Assembly: GCA_959602045.1 (NCBI GenBank)
Contig: CAUGRT010000004.1
Coordinates: 1 to 64,000 of the forward strand
DNA length: 64,000 nt
Direction of reading: 5' to 3'
From: an uncultured Clostridia bacterium
Lineage (GTDB): Bacteria; Bacillota; Clostridia; UBA1381
In this document: one piece after another, positions 25,554 through 36,220 of the stretch
Layout of the letters: each line of letters opens with the position of its first letter
Position numbering within the stretch: position 1 is the first letter of the stretch
Translations under genes and position numbers: made by a program
The notes under the pieces: model-generated
Databases searched by the model: none
The model's input: only the letters and a program-made list of their open reading frames with translations
What the model was told of the DNA's origin: nothing

Positions 25554-28500
25554 TTATTGAATATCGTCCAGTGCGATAATATGCACATTGTCCGAGGTAT
25601 ATCGTTGTTCCATAACGTCAACCAAAGCACCGACCGTATCCAAACTGGTCATCAGTGTGATTGAACACTCAATGGAGGTACGTCTGATTTTGAAACCGTC
25701 GGAGTGAATATCATTTCCCTTTTTCGGAATGTCGATAATCAGATCAACCATGCCGCTTCGGATAATATCCAGAACATTCGGCACACCCTCCGAAATCTTT
25801 TTTGCTGCCTGAACATGGATTCCGTTGCGTTCCAGTAATCGCGCTGTTCCGCCGGTTGCGACAAACTTACAACCCATCGCATGCATTCTCTTTGCCAATG
25901 GCAGGAAGTTGTCTTTATCCAAATCGCGTACAGTTACCAACACTGTGGAACCCGGCTTCGGAATGGTGGTTCCGGCAGCCGTAAAGCCCTTATACAAGGC
26001 TTCCATAAAGGTTTTTCCAACACCCAGAACTTCTCCGGTTGAACGCATTTCCGGCCCAAGACTAACCTCAACCTGCGGCAGCTTTTCTGTGGAGAACACA
26101 GGAACCTTGATTGCTACGGCATTCGTAGACGGTGCGATTCCGGTGGAGTATCCCATTTCCTTTAAGGATTTTCCGAGCATGATATTCGTTGCAATATCAA
26201 TAACCGGTACATTCGTTACCTTTGTAATATACGGTACGGTACGGCTGGAACGTGGATTCACTTCGATGATGTAAAGCTCATCCCTAAATTCGATAAACTG
26301 AATATTAATCATTCCGATAACCTTTAATTCCAAAGCGATCCGATACGTAACATCCTTGATTTTTTCAATAATATGCTCCGGAACATGCTGCGGCGGATAA
26401 ATAGAGATGGAGTCACCGCTGTGTACACCGGCTCTTTCCAGATGCTCCATAATACCCGGAATCAATACGTCTGTTCCATCGCAGATGGCATCAACCTCCA
26501 ACTCACGGCCGCCAAGATAACGGTCAATCAATACCGGGTTTTTCGTATCCTTTTGGAATGCGTCTGTCAGATAACGAACCAAATCTGCTTCGTTTCGGGT
26601 GATTTCCATTCCCTGACCGCCCAAAACGTAGGAAGGACGAACAAGGAGCGGATATTCCAGTTTGCTTGCTTCTTCAACGCCCTCTTCAACACTCCAGACT
26701 GCTTTGCCCTTCGGGCGGCGAATGTTCAGCTTTTCCAGCATTTCATCGAATTTTTCACGGTCCTCGGCTTCATCAATATACTTCGGCTGTGTTCCGAGTA
26801 CGGGGACGTTCATATCTGCCAGGAAGTTCGCAAGCTTGATCGCTGTCTGACCGCCGAATTGCAGAATTACACCGTCCGGTTTTTCCAATTCAATAATATT
26901 ATAAACATCCTCCTCGGTCAGCGGCTCGAAATACAACTTGTCCGAGGTGTCAAAGTCCGTTGAAACCGTTTCGGGGTTGTTATTGATGATAATCGTTTCC
27001 ACGCCGGCTTTTTTCAGCGATAATACGCTGTGAACCGAGCAATAGTCAAACTCAATTCCCTGACCGATCCGAATCGGGCCGGAACCGATGACGATTACCT
27101 TTTTATGATCGGACGGATGGGATTCCGTAACCTCGTCATAGGTCGAGTAGTAGTAAGGCGATACGGCTTCAAATTCGCCGGCACAGGTATCAACCATCTT
27201 ATAAACCGGAGTAATCCCCAATTCCAATCTCTTGCGGTAAACCTCATCACCGCCGCAGCCGATTAACTCTGCAATTCCCTTATCGCTAAAGCCCATTTTC
27301 TTATAGTGTTTCAGCATATCATGGGTCAGCGTATCCAATGTGTATTGTTTCAATTCCTCCTCGGCGTCAACGATATTTTTGATCTTTTGCAGGAAGAACA
27401 TATCCATGCCGGTGATTTCAGCCAGCATTTCAAGGTTGTAATTTCTGCGGATTAATTCGGCTAAGTCGAATAATCTCTCATCATCCGGCACGATAACACG
27501 CTGCTTTAATTCTTTCATGGTACGCTTTTTTGAGGAGGCGCGTTCCAGAGTGTATTGCTTAATCTCTAAGGATCTTACACCTTTTAAAAGCGAGCTTTCG
27601 AACGTGTTGCCGATTGCCATGATTTCGCCGGTTGCCATCATCTTTGTACCGAGATTTCTCTTTGCGCCGAAGAATTTATCAAACGGCCATTTCGGGATTT
27701 TGGTTACAACATAGTCGATTGCCGGCTCAAAGCAAGCATACGTTTTTCCGGTAACGGCATTCTTGATTTCATCCAGGTTATAACCCAGAGCGATTTTTGC
27801 GGCAATTTTGGCAATCGGATAGCCGGTTGCTTTCGAAGCCAGTGCGGAAGAACGGCTTACACGCGGATTGATTTCGATTACGGCATAGTTAAAGCTATTC
27901 GGATCCAGTGCAAACTGTACGTTACAGCCGCCCTTGATTTCGATGGAGTTGATAATATCAATCGCCGCTTTCCGAAGCATCTGATATTCCTTATCCGCAA
28001 GCGTCAGAGCCGGAGCAACTACGATAGAGTCACCCGTATGAACGCCGACCGGATCGACATTTTCCATTGAACAAATCGTAATACAGTTTCCTGCACCGTC
28101 ACGCATAACCTCAAATTCGATTTCTTTCCATCCTTTAATGGATTTTTCAAGCAAGACTTGTCCGATTCTGGAAAGGTGCAGACCCTGCGACAGAATCGTC
28201 ACAAGCTGTTCTTCATTATCGGCAATACCGCCGCCGGTTCCGCCGAGTGTGTAAGCCGGACGCACAATGACCGGATAGCCGATCTTTTCGGCAAATGCAA
28301 GACCGTCATCGAGATTGGTTACGATTTCCGAGGGTGCAATCGGCTGATTGGTGCGCTCCATCAGACGCTTAAAGCTGTCACGATCCTCGCCCTCTTTAAT
28401 GGAGGGGATGGAGGTTCCGATAACGCGAACGCCGTATTTATCAAAAATTCCTTTATCATGCAATTCGCAGGTCAGATTCAAACCGGTTTGTCCGCCCATC

Positions 28501-28766
28501 CCGGCAATGACGGAATCGGGACGTTCCTCACGAATAATTCTTTCAATATATTCCGCTGTCAGCGGTTCAATATAGGTACGGGTTGCCATGCCGCGGTCGG
28601 TCATGATGGTTGCCGGGTTGGAGTTTACCAGAATAACCTCGATACCCTCTTCCTTGATTGCCTGACATGCCTGTGTGCCGGAATAGTCAAATTCCGCCGC
28701 TTGTCCGATGATAATCGGGCCTGAACCGATAACCAGTACTTTTTTTATGGATTTATCTAAAGGCAT
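25554..28766 (-). CDS. carB: Carbamoyl-phosphate synthase large subunit
   Basis: 1070 aa with two ATP-grasp halves and an MGS-like C-terminus. The N-terminus reads [30 protein letters not shown]. Confidence 0.97.
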   Translation of the reverse strand: MPLDKSIKKVLVIGSGPIIIGQAAEFDYSGTQACQAIKEEGIEVILVNSNPATIMTDRGMATRTYIEPLTAEYIERIIREERPDSVIAGMGGQTGLNLTCELHDKGIFDKYGVRVIGTSIPSIKEGEDRDSFKRLMERTNQPIAPSEIVTNLDDGLAFAEKIGYPVIVRPAYTLGGTGGGIADNEEQLVTILSQGLHLSRIGQVLLEKSIKGWKEIEFEVMRDGAGNCITICSMENVDPVGVHTGDSIVVAPALTLADKEYQMLRKAAIDIINSIEIKGGCNVQFALDPNSFNYAVIEINPRVSRSSALASKATGYPIAKIAAKIALGYNLDEIKNAVTGKTYACFEPAIDYVVTKIPKWPFDKFFGAKRNLGTKMMATGEIMAIGNTFESSLLKGVRSLEIKQYTLERASSKKRTMKELKQRVIVPDDERLFDLAELIRRNYNLEMLAEITGMDMFFLQKIKNIVDAEEELKQYTLDTLTHDMLKHYKKMGFSDKGIAELIGCGGDEVYRKRLELGITPVYKMVDTCAGEFEAVSPYYYSTYDEVTESHPSDHKKVIVIGSGPIRIGQGIEFDYCSVHSVLSLKKAGVETIIINNNPETVSTDFDTSDKLYFEPLTEEDVYNIIELEKPDGVILQFGGQTAIKLANFLADMNVPVLGTQPKYIDEAEDREKFDEMLEKLNIRRPKGKAVWSVEEGVEEASKLEYPLLVRPSYVLGGQGMEITRNEADLVRYLTDAFQKDTKNPVLIDRYLGGRELEVDAICDGTDVLIPGIMEHLERAGVHSGDSISIYPPQHVPEHIIEKIKDVTYRIALELKVIGMINIQFIEFRDELYIIEVNPRSSRTVPYITKVTNVPVIDIATNIMLGKSLKEMGYSTGIAPSTNAVAIKVPVFSTEKLPQVEVSLGPEMRSTGEVLGVGKTFMEALYKGFTAAGTTIPKPGSTVLVTVRDLDKDNFLPLAKRMHAMGCKFVATGGTARLLERNGIHVQAAKKISEGVPNVLDIIRSGMVDLIIDIPKKGNDIHSDGFKIRRTSIECSITLMTSLDTVGALVDVMEQRYTSDNVHIIALDDIQ

Positions 28767-28767
28767 C

Positions 28768-29820
28768 TTATTTTACCTCCTTTAAAAATCTATCAAATAA
28801 TTCGCCGCTGTCCAAAGGGCCGGGAGAAGCCTCCGGATGGAATTGTACGCTTTGAATCGGAAGTGTCTTATGACGGATTCCCTCGCAGGTTCCGTCGTTT
28901 ACGTTGACGAAAGTTTCTTCTATTGTATCCGGATAATCGGAAAGAATATAGTTATGATTCTGGCTGGTAATATAGACATGACCGGTTTCCAGATCCTTTA
29001 CGGGGTGATTGCCGCCGTGATGTCCGAATTTCAGTTTTTTTGTCTTACAACCCAGCGCCAGACCGATTACCTGATGCCCCATGCAGATTCCGCAGATGGG
29101 GTATTTTCCGATTAATGCCTTGACGGTATCAACCGTTCCGGGAGCGTCCAGGGGATCGCCGGGGCCATTGGAAAGGAAAATCATATCCGGGTGAACTGCC
29201 TCCAGTGCATCCGGCTTCACATCAGCCGGGAACACGGTGATTTTACAGCCGCGCTTTACTAAATCGCGTAAAATTCCGGACTTTGCGCCCATATCAATAA
29301 AGGCGATATGCGGACTGCCTTTTTCATTCAGCACAGACACCTCTTTTACGGTAGTATCCATAATAACGTGGGTGTTGTCCAGGGTGTCCATCAGCGCCTT
29401 GACTTCTGCATCCGAAGGCTCGCCTTTCATAATAACACCTTTCATAACGCCATGATCCCGAAGCGTTCTGGTTAATGCTCTGGTGTCGATTCCCTCTAAA
29501 CCGACAACGCCTTCTTCCTTTAGAAAATCATCCAGATTCATTTCATTTCTGAAGTTGGACGGGTGGTTGCACTTTTCTCTGACAACAAAGGCTTTTAAAT
29601 TAGTATGTGCCGCCTCGCTGTCTTCCAGATTGATCCCGTAGTTGCCAATGAGCGGAAAAGTCATTGTGACAATCTGCCCGGCAAAGGAAGGATCCGTAAG
29701 CGTTTCCTGATACCCCGTCATACCGGTGGTAAAAACGACCTCGCCCACGATGTCTGCTTGATGCCCGAACATGGTACCGGTAAATCGGGCGCCGTTTTCC
29801 AATATAAGCTGTGCCTTCAT
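28768..29820 (-). CDS. carA: Carbamoyl-phosphate synthase small subunit (glutamine amidotransferase)
   Basis: 350 aa; GATase catalytic Cys in GICMGHQ; located immediately upstream of carB. Confidence 0.95.
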   Translation of the reverse strand: MKAQLILENGARFTGTMFGHQADIVGEVVFTTGMTGYQETLTDPSFAGQIVTMTFPLIGNYGINLEDSEAAHTNLKAFVVREKCNHPSNFRNEMNLDDFLKEEGVVGLEGIDTRALTRTLRDHGVMKGVIMKGEPSDAEVKALMDTLDNTHVIMDTTVKEVSVLNEKGSPHIAFIDMGAKSGILRDLVKRGCKITVFPADVKPDALEAVHPDMIFLSNGPGDPLDAPGTVDTVKALIGKYPICGICMGHQVIGLALGCKTKKLKFGHHGGNHPVKDLETGHVYITSQNHNYILSDYPDTIEETFVNVNDGTCEGIRHKTLPIQSVQFHPEASPGPLDSGELFDRFLKEVK

Positions 29821-29907
29821 TTCTCTATTCTCCCTTCGTGATTCATTGCGGAAAAAAGCGAATTTAATCGAAATACGCAGTTTTCTGCTATTTTATTGCA
29901 AAAAAAA

Positions 29908-29927
29908 TGACAATGTATACATTGTCA
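29908..29927. promoter_or_regulatory. Perfect 20-bp palindrome TGACAATGTATACATTGTCA about 90 bp upstream of carA
   Basis: Read directly from the sequence. It overlaps a TTGACA -35-like hexamer for the carAB transcript. Confidence 0.4.
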
Positions 29928-30268
29928 AAAAACAGAAATAACAAACAGAGGGTGAGAAACATACCCATCATAAAATTTCTTTTTGATGCTGATTTTCATA
30001 TCCTCGTCCATTATAATCTCCATTCCGCCGCATCATGCGACCTCTGTCCAAAGCAGAAGCTCAACCGTTCGTTGGCTGATTTCCAGCTTTGTTTTGCTAT
30101 TCATTATATTTATCTTGACTATTATACCATTGTCGAAACTATTTGTCAATACACAAGTTTTAATTTTTATAAAATCTTATCAATTTGTTCATTTTTTATA
30201 AATTAGCTTCTGCAAACACTCCGCTATTGGACTAAATATACAAACATGAAAAAAATCGAAAAAAAACC

Positions 30269-30297
30269 TTGACTTTGAAAAGTTGCAGTAGTATAAT
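30269..30297 (+). promoter_or_regulatory. Sigma-A-type promoter for glnK-amtB (TTGACT, 17 nt, TATAAT)
   Basis: Consensus hexamers with a 17-nt spacer, located about 180 nt upstream of glnK. Confidence 0.55.
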
Positions 30298-30305
30298 AAA
30301 GCCAA

Positions 30306-30458
30306 GTTAAGATTGAAAGAGCACAAAGGCGTGTTTAAAAAGAGTCCATCTTTTTAAATACGTTTTTTCTTTTTCACAACGAAAATAATATATGTAAGGC
30401 ACAAAGGTGTGTCCTGTGAAAGGCTTGGCTTTTCGCAGGCGCACCTTTTGTCTTTTTT
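30306..30458 (+). ncRNA. Structured glnK leader: two GCAC-AAAGGY-GUGU hexaloop hairpins, the second overlapping a terminator (candidate ANTAR-type antitermination target)
   Basis: Hairpin 1 lies at about 30321-30334 (loop AAAGGC) and hairpin 2 at about 30399-30412 (loop AAAGGU). The 3' sequence caccttt + tgtctttttt can pair with aaaggtg of hairpin 2. The 5' aaagccaag pairs with cttggcttt at about 30433. Confidence 0.35.
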
Positions 30459-30478
30459 GAAAGAAAGGAGTCTTGGTC

Positions 30479-30829
30479 ATGGACGAAATGAACAAAATCG
30501 AGATTATCACCAGACAGGAAAAGCTCGAAGAACTGAAAGGAGCTCTGAACGAGGTAGGCATCAACGGTATGACGGTTTCTCAGGTGCTGGGTTATGGTAC
30601 ACAGAAGGGGCACAAGCATCACTACAGAGGTGTTGAATACAGCGTGGATTTATTACCGAAGGTTAAGGTTGAGATGGTTGTATGTACGGTTCCGGTACAG
30701 ACGGTTGTCGATACGGCGCTGAAGGTTCTGAGAACGGGTAAAATCGGAGATGGTAAGATCTTCATTACCCCGGTTGCAAAAGTAATTAAGGTAAGAACAG
30801 GTGAAGAGGATAGAGAGGCTCTGCTGTAA
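30479..30829 (+). CDS. glnK: Nitrogen regulatory protein P-II
   Basis: MDEMNKIEIITRQEKLEELKGALNEVGINGMTVSQVLGYG...RTGEEDREALL is the P-II fold signature. AAAGGAG ribosome-binding site. Confidence 0.9.
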   Translation: MDEMNKIEIITRQEKLEELKGALNEVGINGMTVSQVLGYGTQKGHKHHYRGVEYSVDLLPKVKVEMVVCTVPVQTVVDTALKVLRTGKIGDGKIFITPVAKVIKVRTGEEDREALL

Positions 30830-30865
30830 AAACAGCGGACGCAAAACAGAAAGGAATGATGGGTT

Positions 30866-32128
30866 ATGGATTTTGATGTAATGGGTAAGATAATAGATTG
30901 TTTTTGGTTATTTTTCGGAGGCGTTTTGGTATTCACGATGCAGGCAGGCTTTACACTGGTTGAAGCGGGATTTACCAGAGCAAAAAACACAGGTAACATT
31001 ATTATGAAGAATATCGTCGATTTCATGTTCGGATCCATTATCTATTGGGTAATCGGTTATGGATTGATGTACGGTGACAGTATCGGCGGATTTATAGGAA
31101 AGCCGTTTGGCGAAACTTTCTTAAACGGCGCTGCCGGCTTAATCGGTCAAGGTGATTATAACTATACGGTGCTGTTCTTCCAGACCGTATTCTGTGCAAC
31201 ATCCGCAACAATCGTTTCGGGTGCTATGGCTGAAAGAACGAACTTTGCAGCTTACTGTATTTATTCAGCAGCAATTTCACTGTTCATTTACCCGATCGCA
31301 GGTCACTGGGTATGGGGCGGCGGTTGGCTGTCACAGTTAGGCTTCCACGATTTCGCAGGTTCGGCAATCGTACATATGCTGGGCGGTACGCTTTCCTTTG
31401 TAGGTGCGGCAATCCTTGGTCCCAGAATCGGTAAGTACACAAAGAGCGGTAAGGCAAACGCAATTCCGGGTCATAACATTCTGATCGGTGCATTGGGCGT
31501 ATTTCTGCTTTGGATCGGTTGGTTCGGTTTCAACCCGGCATCCTCAGGCGCATTGACAGACGGTGGTGTTGACGTTGCAGCAAAGGTATTTATCACAACC
31601 AACATGGGTGCATGTGCAGCAGCAATCACAGCAATGTTCTTTACTTGGGCTCGTTACGGCAAGCCGGATGTATCAATGACATTGAACGGTGTTCTGGGCG
31701 GCTTGGTTGCAGTAACGGCTCCTTGTGATGTTGTATCTCCACTGAATGCAATTATTATAGGTGCAATCGGTTCAATCTTGATGTGTCTGGCAATCCCGTT
31801 CATTGATACAAAGCTCAAGATCGACGATCCGGTCGGTGCGGTATCGGTACACGGCGTATGCGGTGCATGGGGAACTTTGGCAGTAGGCTTGTTTGCAAAC
31901 GATAACGGTGTTACAGGCTTGCTCTACGGCAATCCGGCACAATTTGGTATTCAATTGTTAGGTATGGTTTCACTGATCGTTTGGGCAGCAGTCATCGGAT
32001 CAATCTTCTTCTTGATCTTGAAGAAGGCAGGAATCCTGAGAGCCAGTGTAGAAGCAGAAATCGGTGGTTTGGACGAAGCAGAGCATGGTCTTGCATCCGC
32101 TTATCCGGATTTCATGCCGAACAAATAA
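30866..32128 (+). CDS. amtB: Ammonium transporter (Amt family)
   Basis: 420 aa with 11-12 transmembrane segments. Characteristic FGSIIYWVIGYGLMYG and twin-His region. Confidence 0.92.
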   Translation: MDFDVMGKIIDCFWLFFGGVLVFTMQAGFTLVEAGFTRAKNTGNIIMKNIVDFMFGSIIYWVIGYGLMYGDSIGGFIGKPFGETFLNGAAGLIGQGDYNYTVLFFQTVFCATSATIVSGAMAERTNFAAYCIYSAAISLFIYPIAGHWVWGGGWLSQLGFHDFAGSAIVHMLGGTLSFVGAAILGPRIGKYTKSGKANAIPGHNILIGALGVFLLWIGWFGFNPASSGALTDGGVDVAAKVFITTNMGACAAAITAMFFTWARYGKPDVSMTLNGVLGGLVAVTAPCDVVSPLNAIIIGAIGSILMCLAIPFIDTKLKIDDPVGAVSVHGVCGAWGTLAVGLFANDNGVTGLLYGNPAQFGIQLLGMVSLIVWAAVIGSIFFLILKKAGILRASVEAEIGGLDEAEHGLASAYPDFMPNK

Positions 32129-32142
32129 TAGAATTTCTCTGA

Positions 32143-32248
32143 AAAGACTGTAAGAAAACAAATACAATAGATACGGGCTGTCCATCCTCGGTATAGAGGA
32201 CGGATAGCCGTATCGGATGTATGAAAGTTTTTTACAGTCTTTTTTTGT
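32143..32248 (+). terminator. Long nested stem-loop terminator after amtB (aaaagactgtaa...ttacagtctttt + U-run)
   Basis: 12-bp perfect outer inverted repeat enclosing an imperfect inner hairpin at about 32174-32213, followed by ttttttg. Confidence 0.5.
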
Positions 32249-32447
32249 TAATGAGAATTTGACAAAAAAATACATGAATTTACCGGTTTGTTTGTGGATT
32301 CCGGCGATATTTTCTTTTTTTGCGGAAAAATGCAAAATCCTTTTCCGGAATCTCTTTACAAACGCGAAAAAATGTAATATAATAAGAAAGTATGAATATA
32401 GCTGCATGACGGATGGGATGCAGTAATCTGTATGGGAGATGTTATCA

Positions 32448-33485
32448 ATGATAAAAACAGCAGTGCTTGGCGCTACGGGATATGCCGGGATTGAATTGGT
32501 TCGGTTGCTGTCGAATCACCCGGAGGCGGAAATCGAGATTCTGGGTTCCAAGAGCTTTGCAGGACAGAAAATCAGCGACATTTATCAGAATTTCAATCAT
32601 ATTTTGGAGCTGCCCTGCGAGGAAATTGATTTGGATAAAATCGCGCAGTGCGACGTGGCATTTACGGCGCTTCCGCATGGAGCATCAAAAACGGTCATTC
32701 CGGATATTCTCAAAAAAGGCGTTAAGGTGATTGATTTAAGCGGAGATTATCGTTATGATGACGCGGCGGTTTATGAGAAATGGTATGGGGAGAAACATTC
32801 CTCACCGGAGCTGCTGAAGGAGTCGGTCTACGGCTTGCCGGAGCTGCATCGTGAAAAAATCAAATCCGCACGCTTGATCGGCAATCCGGGATGTTATACA
32901 ACCTGTTCGATTTTGGGCGCTGCTCCGCTGTTAAAGAGCGGTTTGGGTTCAACGAAAAATATTATTGTAGACGCAAAATCGGGCGTTACCGGAGCAGGAC
33001 GCGGTTTGGCATTACAGACGCATTTTTGCGAATGTACGGAAAATACAAAGGCATATAAAATTGCAACGCACCGTCATACCTCGGAGATTGAGCAGGAGCT
33101 TTCACATGTTGCCGGAGAGGAAATTATGCTTTCCTTTACGCCGCACTTGATACCGCAAAAGCGCGGAATTTTGGCTACGATTTACATCAATCTGAATCGC
33201 CCCTGTACGACAGAGGAGATTCTGGAGATTTATCGGGAATTTTATAAGGACGAGTTTTTTGTCCGCGTTAAGGAACCGGGATTCTTGCCGGAAACAAAGC
33301 ATGTTGCAGGTTCGAATTTTGTGGATATCGGTGTTGTGGTGGATGAACGGCTTCAGCGCGCGGTTGTGGTTTCGGCATTGGACAATATTGTAAAAGGTGC
33401 GGCAGGACAAGCAATTCAAAACATGAATTTATTGTTTGGACTGGACGAAAAAACGGGATTAAAAAATGCAGGATTTTATTTATAA
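32448..33485 (+). CDS. argC: N-acetyl-gamma-glutamyl-phosphate reductase
   Basis: [21 protein letters not shown]... (NAD-binding N-terminus) and catalytic Cys in [13 protein letters not shown] 9 nt upstream of this ATG. Confidence 0.92.
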   Translation: MIKTAVLGATGYAGIELVRLLSNHPEAEIEILGSKSFAGQKISDIYQNFNHILELPCEEIDLDKIAQCDVAFTALPHGASKTVIPDILKKGVKVIDLSGDYRYDDAAVYEKWYGEKHSSPELLKESVYGLPELHREKIKSARLIGNPGCYTTCSILGAAPLLKSGLGSTKNIIVDAKSGVTGAGRGLALQTHFCECTENTKAYKIATHRHTSEIEQELSHVAGEEIMLSFTPHLIPQKRGILATIYINLNRPCTTEEILEIYREFYKDEFFVRVKEPGFLPETKHVAGSNFVDIGVVVDERLQRAVVVSALDNIVKGAAGQAIQNMNLLFGLDEKTGLKNAGFYL

Positions 33486-34401
33486 TATGGAGCCGCACGA
33501 CAGGACAGAATGGAGATCGGAATTTGAGATGGAAGAACTGATAAAAAGAGCGGGGGTCTTGGTTGAGGCGCTTCCGTATATGCAGAAATTCGCAGGAAAA
33601 ACCGTTGTTATTAAATACGGCGGCAATGCGATGATTAATGAAGAATTAAAGAATTTGGTGATGCAGGATATTACGCTGTTAAAATATATTGGCTTAAAAC
33701 CGATTGTTGTACATGGCGGCGGCCCGGATATTTCAAAGGCTTTGGATGATCGCGGCTTAAAGAGCAAATTCATCAACGGCTTGCGTTATACCGACACTCA
33801 GACGATGAGTGTGGCACAGCAGGTCTTGATCGGAAAGACGAATAAAGAGATTGTTGCGCTGCTGAATACAAAGGGCGGCAGAGCGGTCGGCATCAGCGGT
33901 ATTGACGGCAGCTTTATCGAATGTAAAAAGCAAACGACAATGGTGGACGGCAAGGAGCAGGAACTGGGATATGTCGGCGATATTGTTCATGTAAAGCATT
34001 GTATTTTGGACTTGCTTTCCTCCGACCAGTACATTCCCGTTATTGCGCCGATCGGTACGGATGATGAGGGAAACAGCTACAATATTAATGCCGATACGGT
34101 TGCTTCATCGGTAGCGGCGGCGGTTCAGGCGGAAAAGCTGGTTTTGCTGACGGACGTCGAGGGCATTAAGGATGATAAGGGCCGGATTATGTCCGAGGTT
34201 CATACCAATGAGGTTCAGAAAATGATTCGCGATGGAATCATCAGCGGCGGTATGATTCCGAAAGTACTGGGATGCTGTGACGCGATTGACGCCGGTGTTT
34301 CGGGCGTACATATTATTGACGGACGGATTCCGCATTGCTTACTGCTTGAAATTTTCACAAAAACCGGAATCGGTACGCTGATAAAAGGGGATAAATATTA
34401 A
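33466..34401 (+). CDS. argB: Acetylglutamate kinase
   Basis: [22 protein letters not shown]...VVHGGGP is the amino-acid-kinase signature. The start is uncertain (33466, 33487 or 33529); it overlaps the argC stop. Confidence 0.9.
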   Translation: MQDFIYNMEPHDRTEWRSEFEMEELIKRAGVLVEALPYMQKFAGKTVVIKYGGNAMINEELKNLVMQDITLLKYIGLKPIVVHGGGPDISKALDDRGLKSKFINGLRYTDTQTMSVAQQVLIGKTNKEIVALLNTKGGRAVGISGIDGSFIECKKQTTMVDGKEQELGYVGDIVHVKHCILDLLSSDQYIPVIAPIGTDDEGNSYNINADTVASSVAAAVQAEKLVLLTDVEGIKDDKGRIMSEVHTNEVQKMIRDGIISGGMIPKVLGCCDAIDAGVSGVHIIDGRIPHCLLLEIFTKTGIGTLIKGDKY

Positions 34402-34443
34402 AAACCATAAAAACGAAAAATGAAAGGGGAATACGATAGAATT

Positions 34444-36150
34444 ATGAGAATGTCAAAATTATTGATGCCTACGCTGAGAGAGGTTCCGGCAGAGGCGGAG
34501 ATCACAAGCCATAAGCTGATGCTCAGAGCCGGATTAATCCGCAAGCTGGCAGCCGGAATTTATTCCTATTTGCCGCTGGGCTTGAAATTCTACCAGAAGA
34601 TTGAAAAAATTGTACGTGAGGAAATGGATAGAGCCGGTGCGCAGGAGCTGTTGATGGCGGCGCTTCTTCCGGCGGAGGCTTATCAGGCTTCGGGAAGATG
34701 GGAGGTCTTTGGCGACAGCATGTTTAAGCTGAAGGACAGAAACGATCGTGATTTCTGCCTGGGGCCGACGCATGAGGAATTATTCACGCAGACGGTGATT
34801 AATGAGGTACATTCTTATAAGGAATATCCGATGACTCTTTATCAGATTCAGACAAAGTACCGGGATGAGGGACGTCCGAGATTTGGCTTGATTCGTGGTC
34901 GGGAATTTGTTATGAAAGACGCATACAGCTTTGATTTGGATGAAGCCGGATTGGATCAGTCCTATCAGGTAATGTATGACGCTTATTGCCGGATTTTCAA
35001 TCGTTTGGGTTTGGATTTCACAATTGTTGACGCGGACAGCGGTGCGATGGGCGGAAGCGGAAGCCAGGAATTTATGGTAAAATCGCCGGTAGGTGAGGAC
35101 GGAATCGCTTATTGTGACGCATGCGGTTATGCAGCAAATTATGAAAAAGCAGAGTGCGTTGTGCAGGAAAAGCCGTCCGTTAAGGGTGACTTTGCGATGG
35201 AGAAAATTCATACGCCGAATGTTCACACCATCGAGGAATTGGTAGAGTTCATGGGTGCGGAGCCGTATAATTTTGCTAAGACGATTTTGTATAAGGCAGA
35301 TGATCAATATATTGCCGCAATGGTTCGCGGTGATCGCGAGATCAATGAAGTGAAGTTAAAGAATCTGGTGGGCTGCACGGATGATTTGGAGCTTGCGGAG
35401 CCGTATAAGGTACGGGAATTAACGAATGCCGAGGTCGGCTTTGCCGGTCCGATCGGATTGGAGATTCCGGTTTATGTCGATAAAGAAGTGGAGTTTATGG
35501 AGAATTTCATTGTCGGCGCAAACGAAACGGATATGCACTATAAAAATGTCAATATGGGCAGAGATTTTGCACCGTTCAAGGTTGCGGATATTCGCGTGAT
35601 TACGGACGGGGACGTATGCCCGCGCTGCGGACAGCCGATTAAGACGGCGCAGGGAATTGAGGTCGGACATATCTTCAAGCTGGGTACGAAGTATTCGGAA
35701 GCTTTAGGCTTGAAATATCTCGATGAGAACGGCAAGAGTCAGACGGTTGTCATGGGAAGCTACGGAATCGGTGTTTCCAGATGCCTTGCGGCAGTTATTG
35801 AGCAGGGGAACGATGAAAACGGTATTATTTTCCCGGTTTCGGTTGCTCCGTATGAAGCAATCGTAATTCCTGTCAACAATAAGCAGGAGGATCAGATGGC
35901 ACTGGCAGAGGAGATTTATCATGAGCTGCAAAAGCAGGGCATTGATACGCTGTTGGATGACCGTGCAGAGAGAGCCGGCGTTAAATTTAAGGACGCTGAT
36001 CTGATCGGTGTGCCGGTTAGAATCGTAGTAGGCAAGAAGTGCGGCGAGGGAATTGTTGAATACAAGGAAAGAACCGCAGAAACGGCAGCGGAGAAAACAG
36101 TGCAAGAGGCTGTTTCCGATGTAGTGAAATTTATAACAGAAAATCGGTAA
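34444..36150 (+). CDS. proS: Proline--tRNA ligase (bacterial type with editing domain)
   Basis: [46 protein letters not shown] is the class II aminoacyl-tRNA-synthetase ProRS N-terminus. The start is chosen by homology; the ribosome-binding site is weak. Confidence 0.9.
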   Translation: MRMSKLLMPTLREVPAEAEITSHKLMLRAGLIRKLAAGIYSYLPLGLKFYQKIEKIVREEMDRAGAQELLMAALLPAEAYQASGRWEVFGDSMFKLKDRNDRDFCLGPTHEELFTQTVINEVHSYKEYPMTLYQIQTKYRDEGRPRFGLIRGREFVMKDAYSFDLDEAGLDQSYQVMYDAYCRIFNRLGLDFTIVDADSGAMGGSGSQEFMVKSPVGEDGIAYCDACGYAANYEKAECVVQEKPSVKGDFAMEKIHTPNVHTIEELVEFMGAEPYNFAKTILYKADDQYIAAMVRGDREINEVKLKNLVGCTDDLELAEPYKVRELTNAEVGFAGPIGLEIPVYVDKEVEFMENFIVGANETDMHYKNVNMGRDFAPFKVADIRVITDGDVCPRCGQPIKTAQGIEVGHIFKLGTKYSEALGLKYLDENGKSQTVVMGSYGIGVSRCLAAVIEQGNDENGIIFPVSVAPYEAIVIPVNNKQEDQMALAEEIYHELQKQGIDTLLDDRAERAGVKFKDADLIGVPVRIVVGKKCGEGIVEYKERTAETAAEKTVQEAVSDVVKFITENR

Positions 36151-36177
36151 TGAAAACCGGTCAGAATACAAGCAAAA

Positions 36178-36210
36178 GCGGCTGCAATGTTAAGATTGCA
36201 GCCGTTTTTA
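36178..36210. terminator. Rho-independent terminator (gcggctgcaat-gttaag-attgcagccgc + ttttta) shared by convergent proS and the GH28 gene
   Basis: Perfect 11-bp stem; T-run on the plus strand. Confidence 0.7.
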
Positions 36211-36220
36211 TCGTTTATCA

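Noticed and set aside
26373-26963. 196-aa plus-strand ORF inside carB (and other ORFs at 25825..26274 and 28158..28724)
   Set aside because: They are antisense to a near-certain carB/carA coding region and have no motifs.
29907-30206. 99-aa and 72-aa ORFs in the carA-glnK intergenic region
   Set aside because: The tract is AT-rich with low-complexity translation and no ribosome-binding site. The region is better explained as divergent promoter and leader DNA.
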